A stretch of DNA of 64,000 nt from Candidatus Latescibacterota bacterium. GTDB taxonomy: Bacteria > Latescibacterota > UBA2968. The position numbers and the translations under genes were made by a program. The stretch spans positions 6,560,001-6,624,000 of the forward strand of contig OZ240241.1 of assembly GCA_965198115.1 (NCBI GenBank), written 5' to 3'. The notes beneath the pieces are model-generated. The model had not been told where the DNA came from and ran no database searches. It saw nothing but the letters and a program-made list of their open reading frames with translations. This document shows positions 18,927 to 27,882 of the stretch, piece by piece. How positions within the stretch are numbered: the stretch's first letter is position 1; every line of letters starts with the position of its first letter.

Positions 18927-19751
18927 ATGTATAATCTGACGGGGAAAGTGGCGCTGGTGACGGGCGCTGGAGGAGAGCAGGGGATCGGGCGAGGGATCGC
19001 GAATCGGTTGGCCGAAGAGGGGGCGGATGTCGCGGTCAGTGATCTGATCGACACACCGACTGGTGATTGGGGTGGGCTTTCCGCCGTGGCGAAAGAGATC
19101 GAACAGAAGGGTCGCGGGTCGATGGCGATCGGGGCCGATGTCGGGGAGGAGGACCAGGTCGACCGAATGATCGGTTCGGTGATCGAGCGATTCGGAAGGC
19201 TGGACATTCTGGTTAACAATGCGGGTGCTCCGGCCGGCGCGGATCGCGTGCCTGTCGTCGATCTCGATGTCGAAATCTGGGACGCGGTTCAGCGCATCAA
19301 CGTGCGTGGAACGTTCTTGTGCTCCCGAGCCGCCGCTCGTCATATGATCGAGCGGCGTGGAGGCGGCAAGATTATCAATATGTCATCCGTTTCGGGGAAG
19401 AAGGGCTCGCCTCGATTCGCCGCCTATTGTGCTTCCAAGTTTGCGGTGATCGGTTTCACTCAGTCACTGTCGGGCGAGCTCGCGAAACACGGGATCCAGG
19501 TCAATGCCCTCTGTCCGGGTCTGATCGAGACGGAAAGGACGATGGGTATGGCTCAAGCTCTGAAGCCGGATAGCATGACGGCCGAAGACTATCGGGAACA
19601 GATGGTCGAGCAAGTCGCAGCCTCGACTCCCGCCGGACGGGTTGGTCGGCCGGACGACGTTGCCCGGACCGCCGCCTTCCTGGCTTCGGATGAGTCGGCA
19701 TTCCTGACAGGTTTGGCCGTTCCCGTGGCGGGTGGGAGCTGGATGCTGTAG
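18927..19751 (+). CDS. SDR family oxidoreductase
   Basis: TGAGGEQGIG, NNAG, YCASK. Confidence 0.94.
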   Translation: MYNLTGKVALVTGAGGEQGIGRGIANRLAEEGADVAVSDLIDTPTGDWGGLSAVAKEIEQKGRGSMAIGADVGEEDQVDRMIGSVIERFGRLDILVNNAGAPAGADRVPVVDLDVEIWDAVQRINVRGTFLCSRAAARHMIERRGGGKIINMSSVSGKKGSPRFAAYCASKFAVIGFTQSLSGELAKHGIQVNALCPGLIETERTMGMAQALKPDSMTAEDYREQMVEQVAASTPAGRVGRPDDVARTAAFLASDESAFLTGLAVPVAGGSWML

Positions 19752-19815
19752 AAGTGAGCAGAAGTGAGGAGTGAGAAGGGAAGACGGAATGCAGAAGTTA
19801 GAATGCAAAATGCAA
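19750..19815 (+). repeat. Degenerate heptamer array
   Basis: agaagtg/aggagtg units, then aatgcag aagttag aatgcaa aatgcaa. Confidence 0.65.
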
Positions 19816-19822
19816 AGGACGC

Positions 19823-20632
19823 GTGCTCGTGATCATTGAGTGGAATATGCATATGTTCAGCTCGGACACGGAGCGGTATCCGTTCCATCCGCGGGCGGCG
19901 TATGAGCCTGATGCGACGCATTGGGAGGCAGACCCTGTCGAAGCCTACTCGGACCGGATGGAGGAAGAGGGTATCGATCGGGCGGTGCTCGTTCACCCAG
20001 AGCCCTACGGAGACGACCATCGATTGGTGCTCGACTGCGTCGCGAGAGATCCCGAACGGTACAAGGCCACGAGCTTGTTTTATCCGAAGGACAAGGATGC
20101 ACCGGCACGGCTGGCGGATCTTGTCGCTGCTCACTCGGAGGTGGTGGCCACCCGGTTCCACGCGCACCGTGGCAAGACGGTGTACCTGGACTCGTTTGCC
20201 GATGCCGGTGTGATCTCGCTGTGGGAAAAGGCTGCGGACCTTGGATTGATCGTGGAGCTGCACATCGGGGCGAACTACGCTTCCCAGTGCGAAGACCTGA
20301 TCAGTGCGCATCCTGAGACGCCCGTTCTGATCGATCATCTGGCCGAACCGCACAAGGGTGACGCGGTGGAGTTTGCGGATGTGCTCGAGCTGGCACGGTT
20401 TCCGAACGTGTATATGAAGCTGTCGGGACTCAATCACTTTGCGGATGACGAGCCGCTTTACGAAAGTGCTATTCCCTTCACCAAGCGGGTCGTGGGGGAA
20501 TTCGGGCCGGATCAGATGGTGTGGGGAAGCGGGACGCCGAGGATCGTGGAGACACACATGCCGGACCATAGCGATGAGGAGCGAGCCAAGGTTTTGGGAG
20601 GAAACGTTTCGAAACTTTTGGGGTGGACATAG
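19823..20632 (+). CDS. Amidohydrolase-2 family protein
   Basis: LIDHL, NVYMKLS, FGPDQMVWGS. Confidence 0.85.
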   Translation: MLVIIEWNMHMFSSDTERYPFHPRAAYEPDATHWEADPVEAYSDRMEEEGIDRAVLVHPEPYGDDHRLVLDCVARDPERYKATSLFYPKDKDAPARLADLVAAHSEVVATRFHAHRGKTVYLDSFADAGVISLWEKAADLGLIVELHIGANYASQCEDLISAHPETPVLIDHLAEPHKGDAVEFADVLELARFPNVYMKLSGLNHFADDEPLYESAIPFTKRVVGEFGPDQMVWGSGTPRIVETHMPDHSDEERAKVLGGNVSKLLGWT

Positions 20633-20686
20633 ATAAGTTGGGGAGAGGGAGTGGTGGGGAGTGCCGCCACGGAAGAGAATCTGTGG

Positions 20687-20723
20687 CAGTGACCATTGAC
20701 CGGTGACCATTGACCTGTGACCA
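20687..20723 (+). repeat. Heptamer array (CnnTGAC x5)
   Basis: cagtgac cattgac cggtgac cattgac ctgtgac. Confidence 0.85.
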
Positions 20724-20786
20724 AAGCGTTGGGTCATTCAAGATGTGAGACCGGTTTTACGTTTCACAGGATTTAAGAGAGGGAAG

Positions 20787-21212
20787 ATGGCGAAGATTAC
20801 GGAGTTCAAAGGATACGACGGCGATTTACCCGACGATTTGCCTCCCAAGCCGGAGGTGGGGCCGGATCCGATGATCGTGGATGCATCGAACGGGGTTCCT
20901 GTGGTCTATCCTGGCTGTCACGGCGTCGGTGTGCGTGTCGTACACCCGGTTAACGAGAAGGCGCCGGCGAAAAATATGGGGCTTGTTCTTTTTTACGTGC
21001 CGCCTCACGTAATCTTGGAACCGGGATCGCATCCCACCGAAGAGACGTATGTGATCATCGAGGGTGAAGGCGAGATGACGTTCGAGCGGATGAAGCGGAC
21101 GATCAAGAAAGGCGATTTCATCTACCTGCCATCCTGGTGTGTACACGGGATCGAAAACACGGGGAATGAGACGCTGGTGGTCCTGATCTGCACGTCTCCG
21201 CCGAACCCGTGA
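20787..21212 (+). CDS. Cupin domain protein
   Basis: HPTEETYVIIEGEG and GDFIYLP..H cupin motifs. Confidence 0.88.
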   Translation: MAKITEFKGYDGDLPDDLPPKPEVGPDPMIVDASNGVPVVYPGCHGVGVRVVHPVNEKAPAKNMGLVLFYVPPHVILEPGSHPTEETYVIIEGEGEMTFERMKRTIKKGDFIYLPSWCVHGIENTGNETLVVLICTSPPNP

Positions 21213-21234
21213 GAAGCCTGGAGGAGGACCCTTT

Positions 21235-21269
21235 CAATGACCAGTGACCTTTGACCATTGACCAGTGAC
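21235..21269 (+). repeat. Heptamer array (CnnTGAC x5)
   Basis: caatgac cagtgac ctttgac cattgac cagtgac. Confidence 0.85.
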
Positions 21270-21284
21270 AAGAGGAGGCATGGT

Positions 21285-22232
21285 GTGAGACGAGCAAGGT
21301 TGCTGAGTGTGTCGTTCCCTAAAGGTGGCTACGGGGACGTGGACGAAAATCGTAGGCAGATGGTTACCCATCTGGAGCAAACGGCAGATTACAGGCCGGA
21401 TTTCGTATGCTTCTCGGAAGTGGCGCGTGAGCTCGGAGTTCCGAACGAGGACGAGGCGTGGGACGGCGAACCCATTCCAGGCGAGACGACGACCGCAGTG
21501 GGTGAGGTCGCTCGCCGGATTGGTACGCACGTCATCGTGGGGATGCAGGAGCGTGTGGCGCCGGATGAAACCTATAACGCTGCCGTCCTGATCGGCCGAG
21601 ACGGCGAAGTGATCGGGCGGTATCACAAGGTCCAACCAACGATCGGCGAGCTGGAACGGGGCACGTTGCCGGGTGAGACGGCGATGACGTTCGACACCGA
21701 TCTGGGTACCGTTGGCATGCTGATCTGTTTCGATCTGAAGTTTCCCGAAGTCTCTGCCTCTCTGGCGCGAAACGGGGCGCGTGTGGCTTTCTTTCCGAGC
21801 ATGTTCCACGGTGGAGCCCGACATCAGTCGATTGCGAGGGACCACGGCATGTTTCTGGTCGTGAGTCAGGCGGTGGAGAGCGTGATCGTGGATATGTGCG
21901 GTCGTCGTCTGTCGTGGCAGGGTTACCAGGAGCCGCTCGTCGAGCAAGGGAAACTGCCGCCGTTCGCGTTCGCCGAGGCGAATTTGGATTGCAAGGCCTA
22001 CCACCTGGACTTCAACCAGGCGAAGCTCGGTGACATTCGATCGAAATACGGTGCCGGCGTGAGCTTTGAAATCCTCCGGCCAGAAGCGACGTTCGTGATG
22101 ACGTCGCTGATGGACGATGTAACTGTAGAGACGATCGAGACGGAGTTCGAGCTCGAAGATCTGTGGACCTATTATGACCATTCGAGAGATGTTCGGGCCT
22201 CCAAAGCCGGGCGAGAGGTCGTGATTGGATAG
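21285..22232 (+). CDS. Carbon-nitrogen hydrolase (nitrilase superfamily)
   Basis: E-K-C triad (FSEV, YHKV, ICFD); GAGGAGG RBS before GTG. Confidence 0.9.
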   Translation: MRRARLLSVSFPKGGYGDVDENRRQMVTHLEQTADYRPDFVCFSEVARELGVPNEDEAWDGEPIPGETTTAVGEVARRIGTHVIVGMQERVAPDETYNAAVLIGRDGEVIGRYHKVQPTIGELERGTLPGETAMTFDTDLGTVGMLICFDLKFPEVSASLARNGARVAFFPSMFHGGARHQSIARDHGMFLVVSQAVESVIVDMCGRRLSWQGYQEPLVEQGKLPPFAFAEANLDCKAYHLDFNQAKLGDIRSKYGAGVSFEILRPEATFVMTSLMDDVTVETIETEFELEDLWTYYDHSRDVRASKAGREVVIG

Positions 22233-22256
22233 ATCGACGACACCAGGAACCGACGC

Positions 22257-23318
22257 ATGAAGCGCGTGCAGCTTGGCGTCATCGGGTGTGGTGTCATCGG
22301 GCAGACGCACATTGCCGCTGCAGCCGAATCGGATACGATCGATCTCGTGGCAATCGCCGATCTTCGTCAAGACGTGGCCGGGTCGCTCGCGGATGCGCAC
22401 GGTGTCGAGACGGTCTTCGAACAGGGCGAATCGTTGATCGAGGACGGGCGGTTGGAGGCGGTCGTTCTGGCCATGCCAGCGCACGTTCGAACCGGCCTTG
22501 CGTTGAAGGCGTTCGAACGCGGTCTTCACGTGCTGATCGAAAAGCCGGTCGCGATGAACGCGACGGAGGTCGAGCGGATGATCAAGGCACGGGATGCCGC
22601 TGGAACCCTGGCTGGATGCTGTAGCTGCCGTTTCAGGCTTTTGCCATCCGCGCAGAAGGTGACGGAGTTCGTTGCGACCGGTGCGTTGGGCGCTCTGCGT
22701 GCCCTCCACTGTCGTGCGATTCGACCGGGCAGACCGCCGCCGGAATCACCGCCCCCCGTCTGGCGATTGCGCAAGGATCTGAACGGTGGCGGCATCATGT
22801 CGAACTGGGGCTGTTACGATCTGGACTATCTTCTGGGAATCACGGATTGGCAGATCCGACCTCAAACTGTTCTGGCGCAGACGTGGACGGTGCCGCGACG
22901 ATACGAAGCGTTGGCCGATCCATCTTCGGATGCGGAGACGTATGTGACCGCGACCATCCGTTGCGAAGACGGCGTGTCGATTCATTTCGAGCGCGGCGAA
23001 ATGATGGCGGCGGTCGAGTCGCTGACGTGGAATGTGATGGGTGAGGACGGTTCGCTCGATCTGAGCATGACGAAGGAGCGGAAACGACTGATGTATCACA
23101 AAGCTTCTTCAGAAACGGGAGTCGTGAGCGACGTGTTCTGGGAGGGCGAGGAGGACAATGCCGTCACCTCCTACGGACCTGTCCTGGACTTTACGAATGC
23201 AGTGCGGAAGGGTCGGGATCCGTTAACGACGCTGGAGCAAGCGTTGACCGTCCAGCAGATCACGGATGCGGTTTATCGATCTGCCGACTCGGGTGAAGCT
23301 GTCGAGATCGAGAATTGA
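22257..23318 (+). CDS. Gfo/Idh/MocA oxidoreductase
   Basis: GVIGCGVIG, IEKP. Confidence 0.92.
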   Translation: MKRVQLGVIGCGVIGQTHIAAAAESDTIDLVAIADLRQDVAGSLADAHGVETVFEQGESLIEDGRLEAVVLAMPAHVRTGLALKAFERGLHVLIEKPVAMNATEVERMIKARDAAGTLAGCCSCRFRLLPSAQKVTEFVATGALGALRALHCRAIRPGRPPPESPPPVWRLRKDLNGGGIMSNWGCYDLDYLLGITDWQIRPQTVLAQTWTVPRRYEALADPSSDAETYVTATIRCEDGVSIHFERGEMMAAVESLTWNVMGEDGSLDLSMTKERKRLMYHKASSETGVVSDVFWEGEEDNAVTSYGPVLDFTNAVRKGRDPLTTLEQALTVQQITDAVYRSADSGEAVEIEN

Positions 23319-23340
23319 GGATCGAATATCGAGGATTGGA
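23307..23340 (+). repeat. Degenerate heptamer array spanning a stop codon
   Basis: atcgaga attgagg atcgaat atcgagg attgga. Confidence 0.65.
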
Positions 23341-23346
23341 GGGGTG

Positions 23347-23940
23347 ATGGCTGAGCACGCGGAACTGTTCGATGGGGAATCGTTGGACGGGTGGAAGATG
23401 ACCGGGAGTCCCGAGGGTTGGACAGTCGAGGACGGATCCATTTTCTGTAACGGCACGAATGGCGGGTATCTCCATACCGAGCGAAACGACTTTCAGAATT
23501 TCGAGCTCAATCTCACGTTCAAGTACGACGAGGGGGCCAACAGCGGCATCTTCTTTCGCTGGACGGATCTGGCCGATCCCGTGCAGACGGGTATTGAAAT
23601 CCAGATTCTGGATACCCACGGCCGGGAGCCGGCAACGGTGAAATGTTGCGGGGCGATGTACGATTGCCAGGCGCCGAGCCGCAATACGTGCAGGCCCGCG
23701 GGAGAGTGGAACACGCTGGTGCTCACGGCGGATGGCTCAATGATCTCTGTCGTGATGAACGACGAAGCGACGACAGGAGCCGATCTGCGCCAATGGACGG
23801 AGGCCGGAAAGAATCCGGACGGCACGCCGAACAAGTTCAAGCGTCCGTTTTGTGAGATGGTCGATGCCGGACACATCGGTCTGCAGGGAGATCACAAGGG
23901 TGTCATCTGGTTCAAGGAACTGAACGTTCGGTTTCTTTAG
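23347..23940 (+). CDS. DUF1080 (3-keto-disaccharide hydrolase-like) protein
   Basis: LFDGESLDGW, NSGIF, EIQILD, GEWN, GHIGLQ. Confidence 0.9.
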   Translation: MAEHAELFDGESLDGWKMTGSPEGWTVEDGSIFCNGTNGGYLHTERNDFQNFELNLTFKYDEGANSGIFFRWTDLADPVQTGIEIQILDTHGREPATVKCCGAMYDCQAPSRNTCRPAGEWNTLVLTADGSMISVVMNDEATTGADLRQWTEAGKNPDGTPNKFKRPFCEMVDAGHIGLQGDHKGVIWFKELNVRFL

Positions 23941-23964
23941 GTTCGCCTCGACAGTCGGGAACAG

Positions 23965-23998
23965 AAAAGCGGGTCGCCGTTGTGATGCGACCCGCTTC
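23965..23998. terminator. Terminator between convergent genes
   Basis: 11-bp perfect stem aagcgggtcgc/gcgacccgctt. Confidence 0.75.
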
Positions 23999-24021
23999 GT
24001 ATTGATAGGTGGCGTTCGATG

Positions 24022-24643
24022 TCAGGAGAACATCTTGTCGAATTCGAAGTCGAGCTGTTTTCGATTGTCGTCGAACACGAGACGGACGACGCGTGAGATG
24101 TCGGGATAGTCGTTTTTTAGTGTGCGGTACGTCCGATGAAGAAGATCGATACGACCGTCGCTCGTTAGCGAATCCCATCCCTTCGATTTCACGAAGATTT
24201 CAACGATCTTCACTTTGACCTTGCTGAGATCTACGTCGGCGAAGGTCTTCCTATCGACCACCTTGCCGGAGTCGAGAATGAGTCGGATCCTCGAGTAAAC
24301 CCGTCTGTTGATCTTCAGAATGTCGGTGCTAAACGTCAGTGCCGTCTGAACCTGAGTGGTGTCGACGGCCGCTTTCCGTCCGATGTGGTACTTGGGCTCG
24401 ACTCTCTCCCGCTTGACCGTCTTTCGTCTCTTTTTGGGCGTATGGTCGGTTGTCGCAAACATAACGAGTGCGGTAACCAGGACAACGCCGAGACCGGCCG
24501 TCAACCCGATCTGTTTGACCCTGGCGGGATCCATTTTGGGCTTTTTTTTCGTCGCCTCCCCAGTCGAGTTCGACGAAGTTGCCCTTTTCGTCGTAGAACC
24601 CCGGTTTGCCCGTGTCTCGGCGTTTGGCTCTGCGCTTTCCCAT
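24022..24643 (-). CDS. Hypothetical single-TM basic protein; probable +1 frameshift in the A8 run at 24542-24549
   Basis: ORF 24534-24022 fuses in frame with the ORF starting at 24643 if one A is removed. Confidence 0.6.
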
Positions 24644-24820
24644 TCTCCGGCTCTTGGATGGAACGTGGTCCTACTTTACCCCTCTTCCAACTATCGGCTG
24701 TCTTCAGTTTCATGTTGAGTCAACATCGGCTACGCGATACCCGTAAACCGATCACCTACACCAGAGTCAAGAAGGGACTTCGAGAGAATTCTGCGAATCT
24801 GAAGCGCTGGCAGGGATCAT

Positions 24821-25906
24821 TCACTGACCGCTTGCCAGGAAGGCTTTGAGCTGGTTCAAAGAGAGATCTTTGATGCCCAGCCGATCGACGCCTCTGGACG
24901 CTTCCCAGCCGTCGAATCCCATCACGATGGACCCGATATCGATGAATGCGTCCATCGTCGGTGTGTCGACTCCGTATTGCGTGCCGACCGAACTCCAACT
25001 GGCGAGTCCGAAGGGAATGTCTTCGGTCAGCCATCTGCTCTCGAGGCTACCGGGAGCCCGGAGTGCGGTTAGCATGCGACTGCCGTTGATGGCGGCCCAC
25101 AGGTCACCCGCGGGCCCGAATCCGGCCGCGTGAAAGGCCTCGTTCGCCGGCTTGAGATCGTAGCCGAGGGCGTTTCCGACCGCTCGTCGTTCGGCGTCGA
25201 CCCGCATGATGACCTTGGCGACCGTCGGAGAGACCCCCTCGTCGTAGAAGTAGAATTCACCGCGTGAGTATTCGACACGTCCCGCGTTCATCAGAACACC
25301 GGCGGGATGAACGACGGGGTTCATCGCGCTCAAGCCGCAGGCGGCCACATCGGGGTAGGTCGTGACGCCCGGAAACAGTTCGTCCAGACGAGCCCGCACG
25401 TCTTGGGTGGAGGTGTTGGGGAGCACGCCCAGGCCAAGCGCTGTGACCGTCCCCCAGATAGTGGCGGTGTCCGGTTCAGTCTTTCGGCAGACATAGGGGG
25501 CGGTATCGACTTCGGCCAGCGTGGGCAGCCGGGCTCCCGCGTCGCGGAACGTCTTTGACCAGGCGAGGGCGCCGAGGTTGCCGGGCATGAGGACGATTGT
25601 GTGATCGGTTGTGACGTGGGGCGTGCAGACTTCGATGAAGGGATCGTGAGCGTAGGAGGGTACGATGACGAGTACGAGGTCGCTGAACGCGAGTGCTTCC
25701 TTCACGTCGGTCGTCAGGTGATGAATCCTCGCGGGGCCCTGTTCCTCGACGCCCACCAGGTTGATCTCGCCCGACTCTCGGATGGGGTCAAGGGAGTGCC
25801 CGAAAGAGGGAATTTCCCAAAGTGTGACACGATGACCTTTGTGGGTCAAGTTTGCGGCGACGGAGAAGGCCGTATTGCCACCACCGAGAATCGTTACGTC
25901 GGACAT
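24821..25906 (-). CDS. NAD/NADP opine (octopine/nopaline) dehydrogenase family protein
   Basis: GGGN Rossmann fold, NPVVHP, FYFY.EG, RWLTEDIPFGL. Confidence 0.9.
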   Translation of the reverse strand: MSDVTILGGGNTAFSVAANLTHKGHRVTLWEIPSFGHSLDPIRESGEINLVGVEEQGPARIHHLTTDVKEALAFSDLVLVIVPSYAHDPFIEVCTPHVTTDHTIVLMPGNLGALAWSKTFRDAGARLPTLAEVDTAPYVCRKTEPDTATIWGTVTALGLGVLPNTSTQDVRARLDELFPGVTTYPDVAACGLSAMNPVVHPAGVLMNAGRVEYSRGEFYFYDEGVSPTVAKVIMRVDAERRAVGNALGYDLKPANEAFHAAGFGPAGDLWAAINGSRMLTALRAPGSLESRWLTEDIPFGLASWSSVGTQYGVDTPTMDAFIDIGSIVMGFDGWEASRGVDRLGIKDLSLNQLKAFLASGQ

Positions 25907-25920
25907 TGAGAGAACCTGTG

Positions 25921-25960
25921 GATTAGGAAATCAGGGAATTAGGAAATTGAGGGATTGGGA
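25921..25960. repeat. Octamer array (AATTAGGA family)
   Basis: gattagga aatcaggg aattagga aattgagg gattggga. Confidence 0.75.
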
Positions 25961-25966
25961 ACGTGC

Positions 25967-26437
25967 TCAGCGTGAGATAGGGGCGATGGTGGCGCCAGCG
26001 ATCTTCGCGATGTCGGCCGGGGTGATGATGATCTGGAGACCGCGAAGACCGGCGCTGATACTGATCTTGTCCTGACGCTGTGCAGTCTGGTCGATGAACA
26101 GACGAAACGGCTTCTTTGTGCCGAGTGGTGACACGCCGCCGCGGATGTAGCCGGTCAGCCCCTGAACTTCTGAAAGAGCAACGAGTTCGGCCTTCTTAGC
26201 GCCGGCCGCGGATCCGAGCGCCTTCCCGTCGAGTTGCGTGTCGGCGGGCACGCACGCCAGGAGGATCTCATTATCGTTGGTCCGAACGACGAGTGTTTTG
26301 AAGACGGCGTCCGTGTCGAGTTCCAACTTCCTGGCGACGGTCATTGCGCTCAGGTCGTCTTCGTCGATCTCGTAGGTCCGAAGTTCGTAGTTCACGCCGG
26401 CGCGATCGAGGAGGCGAGCGGCGTTGGTCTTTGACAT
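25967..26437 (-). CDS. ybaK: Cys-tRNA(Pro) deacylase
   Basis: KTNAARLL, VFKTLV, GYIRGGVSPLG, SAGLRGLQ. Confidence 0.95.
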   Translation of the reverse strand: MSKTNAARLLDRAGVNYELRTYEIDEDDLSAMTVARKLELDTDAVFKTLVVRTNDNEILLACVPADTQLDGKALGSAAGAKKAELVALSEVQGLTGYIRGGVSPLGTKKPFRLFIDQTAQRQDKISISAGLRGLQIIITPADIAKIAGATIAPISR

Positions 26438-26448
26438 TGAAGATCGAT

Positions 26449-26478
26449 CCTCCTCCTCCGAAGGCTACGGCGGGCAGG
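26449..26478 (+). repeat. REP-like element (copy 2)
   Basis: cctcctcctccgaaggctacggcgggcagg. Confidence 0.5.
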
Positions 26479-26498
26479 GAATCGAGAATGGGCGATGA

Positions 26499-27701
26499 CT
26501 ACGAGCGATTCCTTATCCCGAGCTGGTTGGCCAGTTCGAGTCGGTCGCGTGTCCTCGCGTTCGCCCAGCGTTCCTTGCTGCGCTTCATCTCCGCGGTGAG
26601 CATTGGCTTCTTCTGTGACGTCCTGGCGCCGCGCGGTTGATGCCAGTCGGCGACGGTGATGTCACGACCGCGCTCGACGTGTTGACGCTTTTTGACGGGC
26701 AGTATTCCGAAACGCTTGTGTGGCTCCGTCTGATACCAATAGGCAACCGAGGCCGTGTCGTTGGCGAGGTGGTTGCCGTGGCCGTGTTCAATCGTAACGT
26801 GGATCTCCTTCTGGAACCTCACGGGGTTCGTGAGATGATAGACGTAGGAGGTCTGATAGCCGCCCGTGTTCCCCTCGAAAATCGAGCTGCCGTTGTGGTG
26901 GAAGGCGTTGTCCTGCATGCCCCACGCCTGGTTCAAATAATCTTCGCTTCCCGTTCCGTGGAGCTCGGGGGGCCATTTGTATCCGTCGACCCAGATCATG
27001 TCGTCGCCCTCGCCCCACCAGGTTTCCTGGAAGTTGGTTACAGACAGGTTGCATCCGATGTAGTGGCCAGCGCCCTTCGCGTCGAGAATCAGGTAGTTGC
27101 CCTCCCAGGCATCGCGTCCCTTGTTGACGATGTTCGCCTCGGCCGTGTTGACGCGGATCTCGTGACCCCAGCCATCGCAGGGATTCTCCCTCAGGAACTG
27201 AGCGTGAAAGTAGAGCGTGTTGTCCGGTAACGGGTCGTCGTAGAGCTCGTAGTCGACGTAGAAGTACTGACGATAGGGGTCGTCGCCTTCATTGACGATT
27301 TCGATGCGAGCCGCCTGACGGAACGGCATCTGAACGTAGCAGTTGAGCGCGGCGTTCGCGCAGAAGGTGTTTTCCCGGTTGGGTTGGACGGAGGCGGAGA
27401 AAAGTGCGGACTGGTAGGATGTCGCGATGTTGTGGCCAAGACCGAAAAAATCGCCGAGCGGCGCGACCACGCTGGGATGCTTTTCGCCGTCCCAAAACAT
27501 TCTGAGCAAGACATCTCTGAACGAGCGGTCCCCGCTTTGGGTCATCCAGATGTGCGTGATGCATCCCGTTCCTTCAATGTCGGCGAGAACCCGTGTTTCC
27601 CCCGCATTGATCGTCCAGGCGTCGTTGTTTCGGCCCGTCTTGTCGTAGGAAGAGGCTCGGTAGGTGCGAGCAGCCTTTGCTTGAGTCAGATTGGACAGCA
27701 C
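26499..27701 (-). CDS. DUF2961 / GH172-like glycoside hydrolase
   Basis: ITHIWMT, PLGDFFG, WWGEGDD, GTGSEDY, IEHGH. Confidence 0.92.
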   Translation of the reverse strand: MLSNLTQAKAARTYRASSYDKTGRNNDAWTINAGETRVLADIEGTGCITHIWMTQSGDRSFRDVLLRMFWDGEKHPSVVAPLGDFFGLGHNIATSYQSALFSASVQPNRENTFCANAALNCYVQMPFRQAARIEIVNEGDDPYRQYFYVDYELYDDPLPDNTLYFHAQFLRENPCDGWGHEIRVNTAEANIVNKGRDAWEGNYLILDAKGAGHYIGCNLSVTNFQETWWGEGDDMIWVDGYKWPPELHGTGSEDYLNQAWGMQDNAFHHNGSSIFEGNTGGYQTSYVYHLTNPVRFQKEIHVTIEHGHGNHLANDTASVAYWYQTEPHKRFGILPVKKRQHVERGRDITVADWHQPRGARTSQKKPMLTAEMKRSKERWANARTRDRLELANQLGIRNRS

Positions 27702-27774
27702 GGGCAGAGTCTCCTATGACAAACAAGGTGAAGGAAGTCGAAAGGCAGGTGGAATATAGCGGGGAAACGCGGCG

Positions 27775-27802
27775 GAATGCAAAATGCAAAGCGCAGAACG
27801 AA
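27775..27802. repeat. Heptamer array (AATGCA family)
   Basis: gaatgca aaatgca aagcgca gaacgaa. Confidence 0.55.
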
Positions 27803-27882
27803 ACCGGCTAATGTTTATCGGAGATCGAGCGCGTGTGGAACGATCGCAGCAGGACGATGTGTCACCTGCGCGATCGTGGTGC

